Assembly: GCA_036677065.1 (NCBI GenBank) | Contig: JAKFBS010000001.1 | Coordinates: 512,001-576,000, forward strand | Length of the DNA stretch: 64,000 nucleotides | DNA from: Bdellovibrio sp. | GTDB lineage: Bacteria > Bdellovibrionota > Bdellovibrionia > Bdellovibrionales > Bdellovibrionaceae | Direction of reading: 5' to 3' | Shown here: positions 1 through 10,322 of the stretch, one piece after another | Position numbering within the stretch: the stretch's first letter is position 1 | How the letters are laid out: every line of letters begins with the position of its first letter | The notes under the pieces: model-generated | Seen by the model: the letters and a program-made list of their open reading frames with translations, nothing else | What the model was told of the DNA's origin: nothing | The model's database searches: none | Program-made: the position numbers and the translations under genes

Positions 1-1
1 T

Positions 2-3000
2 CGCGTAGGTCAGATATATTCTTACAACCACGTCCAGCCTGAACCACGCTCTTTGTATATAACATTCAATAAATCAGCGGCTTCAGTAGATATGATTGGT
101 AAACCTATCGCTGACGGCATTAAATTAAAGCCAGAAATCAAAGGTCAGTGGGTTTGGGCTTCTGATAAAGAATTAAAATTTACGCCGATCATGGAAAAAG
201 GTAAAAGTGAATGGCCGATCGGGCAGAAATTTAGCGGAACAATTTCGAAAAAAATTCTTGGTCCAAATATAATTTTACAAGATTATGATTTTAAATTTGA
301 AATTGATCCGTTAAAGGCAAATAGCAGCAGCAGCGGTTTTCATCAAGATCCACGCTTTGCTGAAAATAAAAAAGTAATCACAACATTTCATTTTAATTAT
401 CCTGTTGATCCTGAATCAGTAAAAAAACGCCTGAGTTTAATGGAAAAAACTGATAACGGTATCGAAGGCCGTTCAAATTTAGAATTTTCAGTTTCATTTG
501 ATGAATATAAAACTAATATGTATGTGCAATCTGCTAATCTTAAGATTGGCAATAGCAACGTGGTTTATCGTTATGTGATTGCAAAAGGTTTTAATTCACC
601 ATTAGGTGGTGAATCAGTAGCTGAGGCCGATGCATCGATTCGAGTGCCATCGCTGTATGATTATTTTAAAATTACTAATGCTGCAATTGTTATAGCACGT
701 AATGAAAAATTTGAATCTGAACAGATTTTGCGTTTTGAAAACGTCGCTGAAATTGCTTCTGAAGAATTATTTAAATCGATCGAAGTTTTTGAATTGCCAT
801 TCTTACTGGATAAAAACGAAAAAAAGAACACCGCTTACCCATGGGAGAGCGTGTCTGAAGTGACTGAAGAGGTCTTGAAAAGATCGAAAAAATTAGTTTT
901 AACGACAATTCCATCAGAGCAGTTAGTTTCATTAGAACATTCTTACAAGTTTAATTCTCAACCCGGCAGATCGCTGTATGTGCGTATTCCGCGCGAAACC
1001 ACCTCATTTGGCGGCTTTAAATTAAAAGATGATTTTGAAAAAGTGATTTCGGTTCCACAATACCCATCAGATTTGCAAATCATGGGTAAGGGCTCGTTAT
1101 TGCCGTTAACAGGCAGTAAACAGCTTTCTTTAGTTTCGCGTAATTTAAATAAAATCACTTATCAAATTCACCAAGTTCGCCCAGAACATGTGAATCATTT
1201 GATTCCATCGTTAGTTTATGAATTTTCTAAACCCGATATTTATGATATTCGCCCGGATCGCATTGCTGAACGTTTTAGTGGTGATATCCCGTTAATTAAT
1301 AAAAATCCGCAAAAAACACAGTTTAGCTCGATTGATTTAGGGGCTTATTTAACCGGAAATAAAAAAGGCTTATTTTTAATTTCGATTCAATCGAAAGATT
1401 CAGCGGCCTATGTTGATGACCGTCGCTTTGTGATTTTATCTGATTTAGGCTTAATCGTGAAAAAAACCGTTGCCGGTGGTTATGAAGTGTTCGTGCAAAA
1501 CGTAAGTACTGGCTTACCGGTTGTAGGAGCTAAAGTTAGCGTACTGGGCCAAAACGGCATTAGCGTTTTAACGGTAGATACCGGAGCGAATGGTTCTGCT
1601 GAATTTCCGAATTTAAAAGATTTTAAATATGATAAAGAGCCGATTGCATTCACCGCCCAGCAGGGTGATAGCATTTCGTTTGTACCATTTAATTCATATT
1701 CACGTGAAATTGATTTAACTTCGTTTGATATTGGCGGCGCCCGCGATTCATCTGAATCAGATCAATTAAATGCCTATATGTTCTCGGATCGCGGTATTTA
1801 TCGCCCAGGCGAAAAAGCTGATTTCGGTATTATCGTTAGATCTAAAAACTGGGGAAAATCTTTTTCGCAGATTCCAGTGGATATCATCATTACTAATCCA
1901 ACAGGCCAAGAAATTTTTAAACAAACTTTAAAAGTCAGTTCAAATGAAATCGAAAGCGTAAATTTTAAAACCGAAGATTATTTTGAAACCGGAAGTTATT
2001 CGATCATGGCTTATATCAAGCAACCGGATAAATCTGTGGTGATGATCGGAAGCACAGCTTTTCAAGTCGAAGAATTTTTACCTGATCAAATCAAAGTGCG
2101 CACAACTTTATCACAAACTGAAACAGATGGTTGGGTAAAACCGAAAGATTTAAAGCTAAATTTAACCGCTTTTAATCTTTACGGAAAACCCGCCAGTGAA
2201 AGAACGGCGCGCTCAAAAATTCGCATTAAAGCCACGGATGTGTATTTCAAAAAATGGAAAGATTATTACTTTAATGTGCCCAAACCTTCGCAAATTGAAA
2301 TCAATGATAGTCTGCCGGATGTAAAAACTAACGAAAACGGTGAAGCTGAATGGAAGCTTAGCTTTGAGCAGTTAGAAAGATCTTTATACCGTTTAAATAT
2401 TGATTCTGAAGTGTTTGAAACCGAAGGTGGTAAAAGCGTTAAATCTCAATTAAGCCAGCTTATTTCGGATCAAGATTATTTATTGGGATACCGTTCTGAT
2501 TTATTAGACCTATCATTCATTAAAAAAGACACTGCAGCTCAAATCGATATCTTAACAGTGGATTCCAAGTTAAACCCGGTAGCTGTCAGTAACATCATCG
2601 TTGAACTGATCGAGAAAAAGCCAACGTCAGTGTTAATGAAGCTTCCGAATGAAACTTATGCTTATCAGACAGTGTATAAACAGACAGTTTTAAAAACTTA
2701 TAAGCTAGCTACGGCTGCAAAAGCGACAAAGTTTAAACTTGAAACCGCGCAAGTGGGTGAATATGTCTTAGTTTTTAAAGATGAGCAAAAAACCGAATTA
2801 AATCGCCTGGCTTTTAACATCGTTGGAACCGCCGACATAGAACGTGGTTTAGAAAAATCATCTATTTTAAAATTAGGTTTAAATAAAAAAGATTATAAAC
2901 CTAATGAAGAAATCGAAGTTCAGATTAAATCACCTTATGTAGGTGCTGGTTTAATCACGATCGAACGCGATAAAGTTTATGCCCGCAAATGGTTTAAAAC

Positions 3001-5554
3001 GACCAGTAAAAGCACGGTCGAAAAAATCCAGATACCAGCAGGTTTAGAGGGCCAAGCTTATATCGTCGTGACGATGCTTCGTGATGCTAAATCTGAAGAG
3101 ATCTACACATCACCTTTAGCCTACGGGGCAGCTACTTTTGCTATTGATTTAGAAGCTCGCCGTTCAAAAATTGAAATCACAGCTCCTGATGTTGTAAAAC
3201 CTGGTGAAACGTTAAGTTTTAAAGTTAAAACCGAACATAATACAAAAGCCGCAATTTATTTAGTGGATGAAGGCATTTTACAAGTTGCGAATTATAAATT
3301 ACCAACGCCATTGAATTACTTTTTCCAGAAAAAAGCCTTACAAGTTAATACCTATCAGATTCTAGATTTAGTGATGCCTGATTTTAATCAAGTGTTGCCA
3401 AAAGCAGCCGGTGGCGATGAAGGCTCAAATCTAGGTCGCAGCCTTAATCCTTTTAAACGTAAAAACCTGCCTCCGGTGGCTCATTGGGTAGGAGTTGTAG
3501 AATTAACCGATAAATGGGCGGGCTTTCAATATAAAGTGCCTGATCATTTTAACGGAAATCTAAAAGTAATGGTCGTAGCTGCTGATGATAAAAAATTAGG
3601 GTCAGACAGTGTCGATGTTAATGTGCGCGGTGATTTTATTATCAATGCCACGGCAACCACATTTACCGCGCCGGATGATGAGTTTGAAGTTAACTTGATT
3701 ATCGCAAATCAGCTTAAAGGTAGCGGTGCCGAGGCCCAAGTTGAAATGAATGTTGAAAGTGCTGAAGGTTTTACGATTGTGGATAAAGGTGCGGATAAAA
3801 TTCCGATTCCTGAAAATAAAGAAAAAAGCTTTAATATCCGTGCAAAAGCCACAGATAAGCTAGGTTCATTTCCAATTACTGTAACCGCAGGCATCGGCGC
3901 AAAAAAATCTAAAGTAGAAATCCAAGTTTCAAATCGCCCGGCAGTGCCTTACCAACAGACGCTGCAGTGGATGATTGTGCAGGATAAACCGGTTGAAATT
4001 GCTGTGGTAAATGACAAAAAGCCAGAATTTAGAAAAAACTATATTCAGCTGCACACGTCAATTAATGATCTTGTAAAACCATTCACGGCTTTCTATGAAG
4101 TGAATGATTATCTGTGCTCAGAACAAATCGCCAGTCAATTAGTGGCCCTTGTGCAAAAAAGCGATAAAACAAAAGATGAAACGCAAAAAATTAATAAACT
4201 GATCGCTCTTCTGCGGGCGCGCCAGCATACATCGGGTGCATTTGCTTTGTATCCAGGTGAAGGCCCAGCCAACTTAGATGTGTCGTTGCACTTGGGAATG
4301 ATTTTTTTATATATGCAAGAAAAAGGCGAACCTATTCCTGAAGATATGTGGAAGCGCTATGTACAAAGCTTAAAATCTGATTATAACGAAACCCAATCAA
4401 GAATGGATTTATTTCGTAAAACAAAAGCCATCTATTTATTGGTGCGTTCGCAGTATATTCAAAAAGAAGATCTTAAAAATATGGCCACCTTGGTAAAAGA
4501 CAAAACGGCAAAAAAAGATTTCTCTGAAACTGCAGCCCAATACTTAGCGGCCAGTTATAAAATGGCGATGCAAGATGATTTAAGCCAAAAAGCATTTACT
4601 TTGAGCCAGGAAAATAAAGCTGTGAGCTTAGAAAACAGTTATATTTTTCCGCAGTCTGAAGTATTTGAAAATTTCGCCTTAGCGATTAAACATTTTCCGA
4701 ATAAAGCTAATGATGTTTTTACATCAAAAGCTTTTTTTAGTGTGATCGAAGCTGCAAACCGCGGGCAAATGAATACATATTCTGCCAGCTACTTGTTAAT
4801 GAGCTTAGACACATTAATGAAATCTGGATCTGCAGCGGCGAATATCGAAAAGCTCAAATTTACGGCTATCGACAGTGCTGATAAAAAATCTGATCTTAAA
4901 TCGAATAAAAAAATAGATCTGCTAGAAACTTATAAAAAACTAGTGATTGAAAATGCAGGCAGCCCAGTTCTCTTAACGTATGTAAATGGCGGTTTTACAA
5001 AAAGTGAAGCAATGAAGCAAAACTACCAAGGTATTGAGATCTCGCGCACCTTTGAATCTGCGGATGGTAAAGTGATCAACTCAGCTGCATTAGGCGAAGA
5101 AATCACGGTTAAAATCAGAACTCGTGTTACCCGTGATGATATGTCGTCAGTGGTGATCATGGATTTATTACCGGCTGGTTTTGAAGTGGTGATGGATTCA
5201 ATCAGAAAACCAATTGATTCATACTCGCCAGGTGATGAAGGCGGCGAAGAGGTGCCACCAGAAGAATATGAAGAAGGCGAGGGCGAGGGTGCATCAAACT
5301 GGCCGGTGCAATTATTACTAAATAAGGCCTATGCGCAAACTTCTTCAATTTCACCGATGAATACTCAGCTAGTCGATGTGCGCGAAGATCGCGTAAATAT
5401 TTATGCGATGATTGGTAAAGATATGGTCGAATACACTTATAAAATTAAAGCTGTATCAAAAGGCCGTTTTAAAGTACCGGGTGTTTACGCAAAAGGTTTA
5501 TACCGCACAGATTTAATTGGCCAAGGCGATTCGGGGCAGATTGAAGTTAAGTAA
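2..5554 (+). CDS. Bacterial alpha-2-macroglobulin (YfhM/MG2 family), 5'-truncated by the window edge
   Basis: The frame is open from position 2. The protein is >1830 aa with MG-domain motifs (FSDRGIYRPGE, FQVEEFLPD, LVDEGILQ), a thioester motif CSEQ and a C-terminal DLLPAGFEV...REDRV. It is followed by pbpC, the canonical pairing. Confidence 0.93.
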   Translation, partial: RVGQIYSYNHVQPEPRSLYITFNKSAASVDMIGKPIADGIKLKPEIKGQWVWASDKELKFTPIMEKGKSEWPIGQKFSGTISKKILGPNIILQDYDFKFEIDPLKANSSSSGFHQDPRFAENKKVITTFHFNYPVDPESVKKRLSLMEKTDNGIEGRSNLEFSVSFDEYKTNMYVQSANLKIGNSNVVYRYVIAKGFNSPLGGESVAEADASIRVPSLYDYFKITNAAIVIARNEKFESEQILRFENVAEIASEELFKSIEVFELPFLLDKNEKKNTAYPWESVSEVTEEVLKRSKKLVLTTIPSEQLVSLEHSYKFNSQPGRSLYVRIPRETTSFGGFKLKDDFEKVISVPQYPSDLQIMGKGSLLPLTGSKQLSLVSRNLNKITYQIHQVRPEHVNHLIPSLVYEFSKPDIYDIRPDRIAERFSGDIPLINKNPQKTQFSSIDLGAYLTGNKKGLFLISIQSKDSAAYVDDRRFVILSDLGLIVKKTVAGGYEVFVQNVSTGLPVVGAKVSVLGQNGISVLTVDTGANGSAEFPNLKDFKYDKEPIAFTAQQGDSISFVPFNSYSREIDLTSFDIGGARDSSESDQLNAYMFSDRGIYRPGEKADFGIIVRSKNWGKSFSQIPVDIIITNPTGQEIFKQTLKVSSNEIESVNFKTEDYFETGSYSIMAYIKQPDKSVVMIGSTAFQVEEFLPDQIKVRTTLSQTETDGWVKPKDLKLNLTAFNLYGKPASERTARSKIRIKATDVYFKKWKDYYFNVPKPSQIEINDSLPDVKTNENGEAEWKLSFEQLERSLYRLNIDSEVFETEGGKSVKSQLSQLISDQDYLLGYRSDLLDLSFIKKDTAAQIDILTVDSKLNPVAVSNIIVELIEKKPTSVLMKLPNETYAYQTVYKQTVLKTYKLATAAKATKFKLETAQVGEYVLVFKDEQKTELNRLAFNIVGTADIERGLEKSSILKLGLNKKDYKPNEEIEVQIKSPYVGAGLITIERDKVYARKWFKTTSKSTVEKIQIPAGLEGQAYIVVTMLRDAKSEEIYTSPLAYGAATFAIDLEARRSKIEITAPDVVKPGETLSFKVKTEHNTKAAIYLVDEGILQVANYKLPTPLNYFFQKKALQVNTYQILDLVMPDFNQVLPKAAGGDEGSNLGRSLNPFKRKNLPPVAHWVGVVELTDKWAGFQYKVPDHFNGNLKVMVVAADDKKLGSDSVDVNVRGDFIINATATTFTAPDDEFEVNLIIANQLKGSGAEAQVEMNVESAEGFTIVDKGADKIPIPENKEKSFNIRAKATDKLGSFPITVTAGIGAKKSKVEIQVSNRPAVPYQQTLQWMIVQDKPVEIAVVNDKKPEFRKNYIQLHTSINDLVKPFTAFYEVNDYLCSEQIASQLVALVQKSDKTKDETQKINKLIALLRARQHTSGAFALYPGEGPANLDVSLHLGMIFLYMQEKGEPIPEDMWKRYVQSLKSDYNETQSRMDLFRKTKAIYLLVRSQYIQKEDLKNMATLVKDKTAKKDFSETAAQYLAASYKMAMQDDLSQKAFTLSQENKAVSLENSYIFPQSEVFENFALAIKHFPNKANDVFTSKAFFSVIEAANRGQMNTYSASYLLMSLDTLMKSGSAAANIEKLKFTAIDSADKKSDLKSNKKIDLLETYKKLVIENAGSPVLLTYVNGGFTKSEAMKQNYQGIEISRTFESADGKVINSAALGEEITVKIRTRVTRDDMSSVVIMDLLPAGFEVVMDSIRKPIDSYSPGDEGGEEVPPEEYEEGEGEGASNWPVQLLLNKAYAQTSSISPMNTQLVDVREDRVNIYAMIGKDMVEYTYKIKAVSKGRFKVPGVYAKGLYRTDLIGQGDSGQIEVK

Positions 5555-7784
5555 AAAGTTTTTCTATTTCGGTTTAGTGGCAGCGATAGGATTAGCCCTG
5601 TCACTGCCATATTTTTTTTCGGGCGATTTACTGTCTGAAAAAACCTGGTCGCAGCAGTTTTATGACCGTAACGGCAAATTATTACGTCTGACTTTATCCG
5701 GTGATGAAAAATATCGTTTTTACACTGATTACAAAGAAATAAACCCAAAGTTAGTCGAAGCCTTTCTAAATAAAGAAGATCAGTTCTTCTATTATCATCC
5801 CGGAGTAAATCCATTTGCTTTAAGCCGCGCGTTTTATAAGACCTTTTTAACGGGTGGTAAAAAACAAGGAGCTTCAACGATCACCATGCAAGTGGTTAGG
5901 CTTTTATACCCTGAAACCACTAAATCTATTTCAGGTAAGTTTTTACAAATCTTGCAAGCGATCAAATTAGAAACACTCTATAGTAAAGATGAAATTCTAT
6001 TAGCTTATTTGAACTGGGCCCCTTTTGGATCAAACTTAGAAGGTGTAGGCGCCGCCTGTTTTTTTTATTTTAAAAATTCATGCGAAAAATTAACTCAAGC
6101 ACAAGTTCAATTCTTAGTGCAAGTTCCGCAAAATCCAACAAAGTTTACAAGCTTAGCCAATGAGAAAAAACAAAAGCTCGCCTTCAATGCGCCTCATTTT
6201 ATTGAATACCTGAAGCAAAAGGGTATTGAAGATAAAGCGGTCACGACGACTCTTGATAGTAATCTACAAAAGAATATAGAAACCTTAGCCGCATCTTATT
6301 TTAAGACCGTTGCCCGTACGGGAGTAAAAAATTATTCACTGGTAATTGTTGATACGGCAAAAAACGAAATTGTTTCTTATATTGGTTCACGTGATTATTT
6401 TAACGCCGACATCAAAGGGCAAATTGATGCCAATCGTTCATTAAAACCACCGGGATCCACACTTAAACCTTTTATTTATGCTCTGGCTTTACAACAAGGG
6501 CTTATTCATGAAAAAACTTTATTAAAAGACACACGTATGACGTTTGCCGGTTTAAATCCAGAAAATTTTGATGAACAATTTTTAGGGCCGATGAGTGCAG
6601 ATCAAGCTTTAATCTTAAGCCGTAATTTGCCAGCAGTAGATTTAGCGCGAAAGCTGAATAGTCCTAGCTTTTATGATTTTATGAAAGGCAAAAGTTCTCT
6701 TAGATTTAAAGACGAGAAATTTTACGGTCTTTCTTTGCCACTTGGCGGTGTCGAGATGAGTTTGTTAGATTTAATGAAGCTTTACACTTCGTTAGCTCAT
6801 CAAGGTCAGTATGCCGATTTAAACGTAACGATCAAAAGACAAAAATCTTTATACCAGCAAATTCTCACGCCGGAGTCTGTATACATCGTTTTACAAATGC
6901 TTAAGAAAAATCCGCGCACTGAAAGTGCGACCCTGCATGAATTAACTCATACAGCGATGCCACTAGCGTGGAAAACCGGAACTTCAAAGTCTTATAAAGA
7001 CGCTTGGACTTTAGGGTTAATCGGTAATTATGTCGTAGGCATTTGGTTTGGTGATAACGATCGCGAAATGAATCCGGCTTTAGTCGGCCGAAATATGGCA
7101 GCACCACTCTATTTTCAGATTTATGATTATCTTCGCAATAAGCCGCAGTATTTACGCGGCCACGAAAATCCTATTTGGGATTCTCGGGTAGGTCTTAATA
7201 TTAAGCCAGTGCATATCTGCAGTGTTTCTAAAAAATTAGTTACTGAAAATTGCGGGCATAAAACTGAAGCTAGTCTTTTTATACCTGCAGTTTCATCCAT
7301 TGAAACATGCAGTATCCACCGTAAAGTTTATGTTGATTCCAATACCCAAAAAATATCGTGCAAGGCGGGTGCCTTTTTAAATGCGCAAAGCCGCGTGGTC
7401 GAAGTTTGGCCGGATGATTTATTAGCTGTTTACAAAGAAGCAGGGCTAAAAAAAATCACGCTCTCAGATAAAAAATTTTCATGTGATGAAAGTGGCAGTC
7501 GTCTAGGGCAAATCAGTATTACCAGCCCGCAAGAAAATATTGAATACCTGATTCAAACACAGCAAGGGCAGCTGAAAAAGCCAAAAATCCAGCTGCGTGC
7601 AATTTCAGAATCAGACAGTCAATATCTAGATTGGTTCGTAAATAAAAATTATGTGGGCCGTTCTTATAAGAATGACCCCTTATTCTTTGAAACCGACCTT
7701 CCAGGCCGATATTCGGTGTCAGTGAGCGACAATTTAGGTCGTTCCCAAAGCAGTTATTTTAGTGTTAAAGTCGTAAGCCAGTAG
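5541..7784 (+). CDS. pbpC: Penicillin-binding protein 1C (GT51 + transpeptidase + C-terminal domain)
   Basis: N-terminal TM helix; EDxxFxxHxG and GASTITMQ GT51 motifs; STLK, SRN and KTG transpeptidase motifs; overlaps the A2M stop. The start is uncertain (TTG 5517 or 5541). Confidence 0.92.
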   Translation: MKLSKKFFYFGLVAAIGLALSLPYFFSGDLLSEKTWSQQFYDRNGKLLRLTLSGDEKYRFYTDYKEINPKLVEAFLNKEDQFFYYHPGVNPFALSRAFYKTFLTGGKKQGASTITMQVVRLLYPETTKSISGKFLQILQAIKLETLYSKDEILLAYLNWAPFGSNLEGVGAACFFYFKNSCEKLTQAQVQFLVQVPQNPTKFTSLANEKKQKLAFNAPHFIEYLKQKGIEDKAVTTTLDSNLQKNIETLAASYFKTVARTGVKNYSLVIVDTAKNEIVSYIGSRDYFNADIKGQIDANRSLKPPGSTLKPFIYALALQQGLIHEKTLLKDTRMTFAGLNPENFDEQFLGPMSADQALILSRNLPAVDLARKLNSPSFYDFMKGKSSLRFKDEKFYGLSLPLGGVEMSLLDLMKLYTSLAHQGQYADLNVTIKRQKSLYQQILTPESVYIVLQMLKKNPRTESATLHELTHTAMPLAWKTGTSKSYKDAWTLGLIGNYVVGIWFGDNDREMNPALVGRNMAAPLYFQIYDYLRNKPQYLRGHENPIWDSRVGLNIKPVHICSVSKKLVTENCGHKTEASLFIPAVSSIETCSIHRKVYVDSNTQKISCKAGAFLNAQSRVVEVWPDDLLAVYKEAGLKKITLSDKKFSCDESGSRLGQISITSPQENIEYLIQTQQGQLKKPKIQLRAISESDSQYLDWFVNKNYVGRSYKNDPLFFETDLPGRYSVSVSDNLGRSQSSYFSVKVVSQ

Positions 7785-7793
7785 AGGTTATTT

Positions 7794-8879
7794 ATGGATA
7801 ATAAAGAAATAGTTTTTAAGTACGCGATTTTAACCGTTGTTTATATTTCTTTTGCCTTATTGTTTTGGCCATTTAAAACTGCGTTATTATTAGCCGCTTT
7901 ATTTGCGATGGCAATGACGCCGCTATTGAATCGCTGGCTGAATAAAATCGACCGTGAAAAGCTTTTGATCTTTTTTATGGTCATAGGACTAATTTTAATT
8001 GTTATCGCGCCACTGACGATGATTGTGACTAAAGGCATTTTAAATTTAGCTCAGTTACAACAAGATGCGATAGCCCAGTTACCTTTATATAAAAACGTTG
8101 AAACGACTGTTGCCAAAATCTGGGGTTTTGCCAATGATATTTCGTCGCGTTTTAATTTTGACTTAAACGAAGGCTTTGATGTGCAGTCGCTACTGCCAAA
8201 ACTTTTACAACTTGTGATTCCCTGGTTAACTGCATTGATTACTAATTTTCCGGAATTCCTATTACAACTTTTTGTCTTTGTGGCCAGCTTATATTTTTTC
8301 TTAGTTAAACGGCGCGAGTTTTTATCTTGGTCTAAAGATAGAAAAGTTTTATCGCAAGATTCTTTAGCGAAGTTGATCGTGGTCTTACAAAGAGTTTGTT
8401 ATACAGTCGTGTTTTCAACGCTTATTGTGGCTTCGGTGCAAGCAAGTATTGTGACTTTAGGAGCTTCTATTGCAGGTTTTGATAATTTAATGATTATCTT
8501 TATTCTGACATTTTTTATGTCGTTTTTACCGGTTGTTGGATCGGTGCCAGTATCTGGAGCTTTAGCTTTGTTCAGTTTTCTGCAAGGTGAAGCTGGAAAC
8601 GGCGTAGTTATGTTGGTCGCTTTAGGATTTGCTGGCGGAATTGATAACGTCATTCGCGCGTATATCTTAAGTGCTGAAGAAGAGATTCATCCTTTAGTGT
8701 CGTTATTAACTTTAATCGGTGCTTTAGCCATGTTTGGAATTTCGGGATTATTTTTAGGCCCGATTATCGCAGAACTTACTTTTGCAATCGGTAATATTAT
8801 GAATGGGTCTGATCAGCCGACGGAAGTGCCAGCGATTGTTTCTTCGGAAGACGAATCAGCGCCACGACATTCCCCATAA
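7794..8879 (+). CDS. AI-2E (PerM) family transporter
   Basis: Polytopic membrane protein of 361 aa with FLPVVG, DNVIR and HPLVSLLTLIGALAMFGISGLFLGP signatures. Confidence 0.88.
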   Translation: MDNKEIVFKYAILTVVYISFALLFWPFKTALLLAALFAMAMTPLLNRWLNKIDREKLLIFFMVIGLILIVIAPLTMIVTKGILNLAQLQQDAIAQLPLYKNVETTVAKIWGFANDISSRFNFDLNEGFDVQSLLPKLLQLVIPWLTALITNFPEFLLQLFVFVASLYFFLVKRREFLSWSKDRKVLSQDSLAKLIVVLQRVCYTVVFSTLIVASVQASIVTLGASIAGFDNLMIIFILTFFMSFLPVVGSVPVSGALALFSFLQGEAGNGVVMLVALGFAGGIDNVIRAYILSAEEEIHPLVSLLTLIGALAMFGISGLFLGPIIAELTFAIGNIMNGSDQPTEVPAIVSSEDESAPRHSP

Positions 8880-9720
8880 TACAAAAAACCGCGCCTAAAG
8901 CTAAATACAGGCTCCAATTTAAATCTTCGATATAAGTTGAAACTATTAAGGCAATGATCGGCGAAGCGATACTGGTAAAGCCAGCTTTTGCCGGGCCGAT
9001 ATTTTCGATCAATTTAAAATACGCCCAAAAAGAAATAACTGTTCCGAAAATTGAAAGATAGAAAAATGAAATTACAAAAGGTGAAGTGATTTCAACGTGC
9101 AGTGATTTTCCGAATAATAAACAGACTAATAATGAAAAACCTGCACCATATAACATGGCCCACGAATTATTCGCCGATACAGGAATATTATCTTTCTTAT
9201 TTAAATACGAAACTATATTTCCTGCAGAAGCCGAAAGCGTAGATAAGAGACCGATTAAAAATCCCCACAGCGAATTGGGGTGTAAGCCGATATTTAAATA
9301 TTCATTCCAGGCAATGAAAGCCATGCCGAATAGGCACAAGATTCCGCCCCACACGACTTTTTTTTCAAAAGGTATATTTAAAAATATACGCCCACCGAAC
9401 ATATTTAAAAAAATGATTGAAGTAAAAGCTAAGGCAATCAATGCCGAGGTGGCCATTGAAGTGGCCCAGTAAGTTAATAGGTAATTTAAACAAAAGATAA
9501 ATAAACCCTGAGTCGCAAAACGAAAGTGTTGCGAGCGGGTAAATTTAAAGAGTGAAATCTTTGTGAAATAGCAGGTAATAAACATTACACAGCTTGAAAA
9601 GATAAAACGGTAAAAAACTGCAGCGCTGCCATCAACATAGGGAAGTTGGTATTTAATCGCAATCCAAGTTAATCCCCAGATGATGGCGCAGGTTAAGAAA
9701 TAACTGGTATTATTCCTCAT
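8797..9720 (-). CDS. EamA/DMT family transporter
   Basis: IWGLTWIAIK start motif, about 10 TM segments in two repeats, and YLSIFGTVISF...LIENIGPAKA. The true start is likely ATG 9720, overlapping the upstream gcvH-like stop. Confidence 0.88.
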   Translation of the reverse strand: MRNNTSYFLTCAIIWGLTWIAIKYQLPYVDGSAAVFYRFIFSSCVMFITCYFTKISLFKFTRSQHFRFATQGLFIFCLNYLLTYWATSMATSALIALAFTSIIFLNMFGGRIFLNIPFEKKVVWGGILCLFGMAFIAWNEYLNIGLHPNSLWGFLIGLLSTLSASAGNIVSYLNKKDNIPVSANNSWAMLYGAGFSLLVCLLFGKSLHVEITSPFVISFFYLSIFGTVISFWAYFKLIENIGPAKAGFTSIASPIIALIVSTYIEDLNWSLYLALGAVFCIMGNVVALIRLPKKQSLALPSADQTHS

Positions 9721-10126
9721 CGTCCTCAGAAGCTTCTTCGTCTTCATCATCGAAGTCGTCATCCTCATCATCGTCGTCGTCGTCTTCTTCGTCTTCATCA
9801 TCATCGATTTCGCCAGCGACTTCGATGCGAACAAGCCAGCCTTCTTCGTATGGGTCTTCCATAAGAACAGCAGGATCATCGACAACTTGTTGGTTGATTT
9901 CGATAATTGTTCCCTCGAACGGTGAAACGATATCAATTGTTCCGTCGTCAGATTCTACGCTTCCGAAAGCAGTGTCTGCTTCAACTTTTTCTTGTTCGGG
10001 AGGTAAATCAATTGTGTTGATTTCTGTGATGTCTTCAAGACCGTCATCATTAATACCAATTGTAATAATGCCTTCTGCTTCTGAATACCAAAGATTGTGA
10101 TTAAAGTTTTTTATTTTTCCGGCCAT
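9710..10126 (-). CDS. Glycine cleavage H-like protein lacking the lipoyl-lysine, with an acidic tail
   Basis: GcvH motifs W...ITIGI, FGSVES, IVSPFEGTIIEIN and DPYEEGWL are present, but VESxK reads VESDD. About 30 Asp/Glu-rich residues at the C-terminus. Confidence 0.85.
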   Translation of the reverse strand: MAGKIKNFNHNLWYSEAEGIITIGINDDGLEDITEINTIDLPPEQEKVEADTAFGSVESDDGTIDIVSPFEGTIIEINQQVVDDPAVLMEDPYEEGWLVRIEVAGEIDDDEDEEDDDDDDEDDDFDDEDEEASEDDEE

Positions 10127-10322
10127 ATTTTTTCCTATTTATGCTCAAGATAAATCCATTTTAACTATTTTTTTCACGGGGTCAAATTTTGGCGAATTTT
10201 TAACAAAAGATATAATTCTTCTTAACGCAAATTTTAAAAATAGACTTTATCTAACTGTGTCTGTTACAACACACCAACTTTTAGAGAAAAGCTAATTTGA
10301 GTCACAAGTCAGAGGGGGATGA

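Noticed and set aside
9721..9936. N-terminal extension of the EamA ORF (MMMKTKKTTTT...) and the GAT/GAC/GAA microsatellite-like tract
   Set aside because: It is the alternative-frame reading of the Asp/Glu codons of the GcvH-like tail, not a real extension or a repeat element.
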